A stretch of 64,000 nucleotides of DNA from Spirochaetia bacterium (GTDB taxonomy: Bacteria > Spirochaetota > Spirochaetia > SZUA-6 > Bin103), in contig CBDBDQ010000005.1 of the NCBI GenBank assembly GCA_965203905.1, forward strand, positions 7,721,192 through 7,785,191, in the 5' to 3' direction. Both the position numbers and the translations under genes were made by a program. Under the pieces are notes generated by a model. It saw only the letters and a program-made list of their open reading frames with translations. It was not told the origin of the DNA and made no database searches. Shown here one piece after another: positions 61,070 through 64,000 of this stretch; positions within the stretch are counted from its first letter, which is position 1, and every line of letters starts with the position of its first letter.

Positions 61070-62368
61070 ATGGCAACCGAGACGATCCTGAACATGGAGG
61101 GGGCGCGCATCAAGTTCGGTGCCGGCGCCACCCGTGAACTCGGCTTCGAGCTGCGCGCTCTCGGCGTGCGCCGGGCATTCCTGGTGACCGACCCGGTGAT
61201 GGCGGCCTCCGAGCCGCTGGCGGTGGCGCGCGAGTCGCTGCGCGGCGCCGGCGTCGAAGCGGTGTTGTTTACCGATACGCGGGTGGAGCCGAGCGACGCT
61301 TCCTTCCTGGAAGCGATCCGTGCCGCGCGCGAGGCCGGCTGCGACGGCTTCGCCGCGGTGGGCGGCGGCTCGGCCATGGACACCGCCAAGGCGGCCAACC
61401 TGTACACCACCTATCCGGCGGATCTGTTCGCCTACGTCAACCACCCGATCGGGCGCGGCGAACCGGTGCCGGGGCCGCTGAAGCCGCTGGTGGCCGTACC
61501 CACCACCGCCGGTACCGGCAGCGAAACCACCGGCGTGGCGATCTTCGACTACCTGGAGATGGGCGCCAAGACCGGCATCGCGCACCGTGCGCTGCGGCCC
61601 ACCCTCGGCATCGTCGATCCCGACAACACTCGTACCCTGCCGCCGGTGGTGGCGGCCAGCACCGGCCTCGACGTGCTGTGCCACGCCGTCGAGTCGTTCA
61701 CGGCGATGCCCTACACGGCGCGCGAGGCGCCCGCCGACCCGGCGCTGCGGCCCGCCTACCAGGGCGCCAACCCGATCAGCGACCTGTGGGCGGAGCGCGC
61801 CATCGAGCTGGTAGCCGGCAACCTGGTGCGCGCCATGCGCAACCCGGACGATCACGAGGCGCGCACCGCCATGCTGCTCGCCGCCACCTTCGCCGGCTAC
61901 GGCTTCGGCAACGCCGGCGTGCACCTGCCGCACGGCATGTCCTACCCGGTATCCAGCATGGTGGCGGCTCGGCAGACTGCCGGCCCCGGCTACCATCCGG
62001 ACGGCTACCCCGACGACCACCCGATGTGCCCGCACGGCATGTCGGTCATCCTCAACGCCCCGGCCGTGTTCCGCTTCACCGCCTGTGTCGATCCACGACG
62101 CCACCTGCGCGTCGCGCAGATGATGGGCGCCGACGTGGCGGGAGCCGATGCGGACGATGCCGGAACCATCCTCGCCGACACCATCATCGACCTGATGCGC
62201 GCCGTCGACATGCCGGCGGGACTGGCGGCCGTGGGCTTCACGCGCGAGCACGTCCCCGCCCTGGTCGCGGGCACCCTGCCGCAGCACCGGGTCACCAAGC
62301 TGGCGCCCCGGCCCGCCTCCGAGACGAACCTCGCCGCCCTGTTCACCGACGCGCTCCGTTACTGGTAA
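61070..62368 (+). CDS. Hydroxyacid-oxoacid transhydrogenase (iron-containing ADH family)
   Basis: VGGGSAMDTAK, PTTAGTGSE, DVLCHAVES, RPAYQGANP, GVHLPHGMSY, PHG. Confidence 0.88.
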   Translation: MATETILNMEGARIKFGAGATRELGFELRALGVRRAFLVTDPVMAASEPLAVARESLRGAGVEAVLFTDTRVEPSDASFLEAIRAAREAGCDGFAAVGGGSAMDTAKAANLYTTYPADLFAYVNHPIGRGEPVPGPLKPLVAVPTTAGTGSETTGVAIFDYLEMGAKTGIAHRALRPTLGIVDPDNTRTLPPVVAASTGLDVLCHAVESFTAMPYTAREAPADPALRPAYQGANPISDLWAERAIELVAGNLVRAMRNPDDHEARTAMLLAATFAGYGFGNAGVHLPHGMSYPVSSMVAARQTAGPGYHPDGYPDDHPMCPHGMSVILNAPAVFRFTACVDPRRHLRVAQMMGADVAGADADDAGTILADTIIDLMRAVDMPAGLAAVGFTREHVPALVAGTLPQHRVTKLAPRPASETNLAALFTDALRYW

Positions 62369-62720
62369 CAGATCCAGCAGGGCGGGTGGCGCCGCGGCGC
62401 GCCTACTCATCCTGAGTATCGGAGCGCGATCTCTGCCCGAACCGGGCTCAATCGACAAGCACCGTACGACCGACGGGCTGTCCCCGTAATTAGCGCCGCT
62501 CCCGATACTTGGAGATTGTATCTCGACCGCGTTTGCGTCCACGTACCAATTGAACGATGATATACGCCGACCAACCGAATCCGATTGCCGCTATAGCGAG
62601 CGGAACGACTATTGGGTCCATCTCTGCTTTCCATCTCTCCCGCCTACCCGCCAAGACGACGGATTGCGCCTGTGAGTACCACTCGCCGCGGACGATACGC
62701 GCTCGCTCAGGTGCCGTTCG

Positions 62721-62736
62721 CCCCCAATATTGGGGG
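62721..62736. promoter_or_regulatory. Palindromic operator-like site 4
   Basis: CCCCCAATATTGGGGG perfect palindrome upstream of TolC-like gene. Confidence 0.6.
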
Positions 62737-62900
62737 TATTCGTAAGACTGCGCTGTGGGTCGTGCGTGCCGGAGGCGTGTTTAGCGAGAATTGATGGCCG
62801 GGCCGGCGGTGCGGCAGGTACGGCCCGGTATAATGACCGGGGGCAATACAACCGCGAGAGCGCGCCGCGAGCCGCCGCAACCGCCCTTCCTGGAGGACTC

Positions 62901-63966
62901 ATGAACATCCGAATCACGGTAACCGCCACGATCTGTCTGCTGGCACTCTCGGTGACAGCCATCGCTCAGGACGCAGCGCCATCCGGCCTGACGATCGCCG
63001 AGGTCCTGGCCGCGGCGGACGCCGCCAACCCCGAATTGGCGTCGCTGGCCCGGCAGCGGGAAAGCGCGCGCGTCGCCTTCGACCGCGCCTCGGCGTCCTC
63101 CGATGCCCGGCTCGACCAGATGGCCGCCACCCTGCAGTGGGAGCGGGCGCAACTCGTCGCACGCCAGGGGACGACCCGCGAACTGCTGGCCGTCGCCCAG
63201 GGGTACGTGAGCCTGCAACAGGCGAACGAGCGGGCAAGCCTGCTGCAAGAACGCCTGCGCCTGGCCACGCTCGACCTGGAGTTGACCGATGCCCCGGGTG
63301 AGGGTGGGAGCCGCCGGCAGAACGGAACAGTTGCAGGCCCAGGTGGCCGCGCTCAGCGCCGAACTGAACTTGGCGGCGGCACGGCAGCAGCGGCGCTTCA
63401 CCACCCTGCCGGACCTGGTCGACATGACCGGCATCGACGCGGCGCAACTCGATGCAGCCGCACTCACCTCGCAACCTCCCGAGCTGCCCGAGCTGGGTGG
63501 GTCCGACAGCTACGCGACCGCTACCTCCCGGCGTGCCGAGCACCGGCATGCCGCGCAGCAACTGGAGATCGACGAGATCAACCTGAAGCTGCTGTCCGAG
63601 GAGGAGACCTCGCGGCTCGACCTGGAGGCGGCTACCAACACCGTGGCGGGCAGCGAGGCGGCGCTGGAAGAGACCGCCGTCAACCTGCAGACCACGACCG
63701 CCAGCGCCTACGCGACCGCCCAGCAGGCGTTCGACACCGTGACGCTGCGCGAGTTGCAGCTTGCGCTGCAGCAGGAACGGACGCGCCGCGCCGAGGAGCA
63801 GTACGAGGCTGGGGTAATCACCGAATCCGGCCTGGCCGGCTCGCGCGCGGACCGGGTCGGCGCGGTCGATGCCGTACGCGCGGCGCGCTGGTCGGCCTGG
63901 TTCGCCTGGCTGCGTCTCCAGGATGCCGCCGGCATCGACCTGCCGCCTGTCCCGGGGGTGCAGTGA
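62901..63966 (+). CDS. TolC/outer-membrane efflux-like protein, frameshift in C-run near 63292
   Basis: GGAGG RBS, signal peptide, LTIAEVLAAADAANPEL, helical repeats RVRVGAAG..EQL and QYEAGVIT. Confidence 0.65.
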
Positions 63967-64000
63967 GTCGCACGCCCTGGTATGCGGCGCTGCTCGTGCT
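63963..64000 (+). CDS. Start of next coupled gene (truncated by window edge)
   Basis: GTGA overlap, MSRTPWYAALLV signal-peptide-like start. Confidence 0.4.
   Translation, partial: MSRTPWYAALLV

Overview
High-GC bacterial chromosome segment. The lipoprotein-like 'AGGEEE/AGAASEEE' peptide-binding proteins, PhyH dioxygenases and the FG-GAP/ASPIC protein suggest a host-associated Spirochaetota-like organism (inference only). The first 17.5 kb is an accessory hotspot. It holds toxin-antitoxin genes and debris and a precisely bounded four-gene Mu/Tn7-like transposon (2521-8516: 17-bp terminal inverted repeats, 5-bp CCTGG duplication; Cys-rich ORF, DDE transposase with a nonsense codon, ExeA/TnsC-like ATPase, RepA-like AAA_25 ATPase). 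An IS110 element has inserted into that transposon's leader hairpin, and its non-coding end carries sequences matching both the target and donor junctions, as expected of a bridge RNA. The hotspot also holds an intact IS21 (5-bp CATCC duplication) inserted in a repeat whose intact inverted copy lies beyond a lower-GC peptide ABC island, and an unexplained four-unit array of promoter-like boxes each followed by an MTRHDDRQRS motif. The middle is mostly housekeeping and metabolism (second peptide ABC cluster, pyrE, glpKD, gap, bcp, pgi, glnS, hsp20, E1 alpha/beta). The end has two PAS/LuxR-type regulators flanking an alpha-oxoamine synthase, with a 16-bp palindrome (CCCCCA-N4-TGGGGG) occurring four times in front of genes. 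Several single-base frameshifts, some in homopolymers, suggest residual long-read errors. All calls are by eye; no database searches were run.
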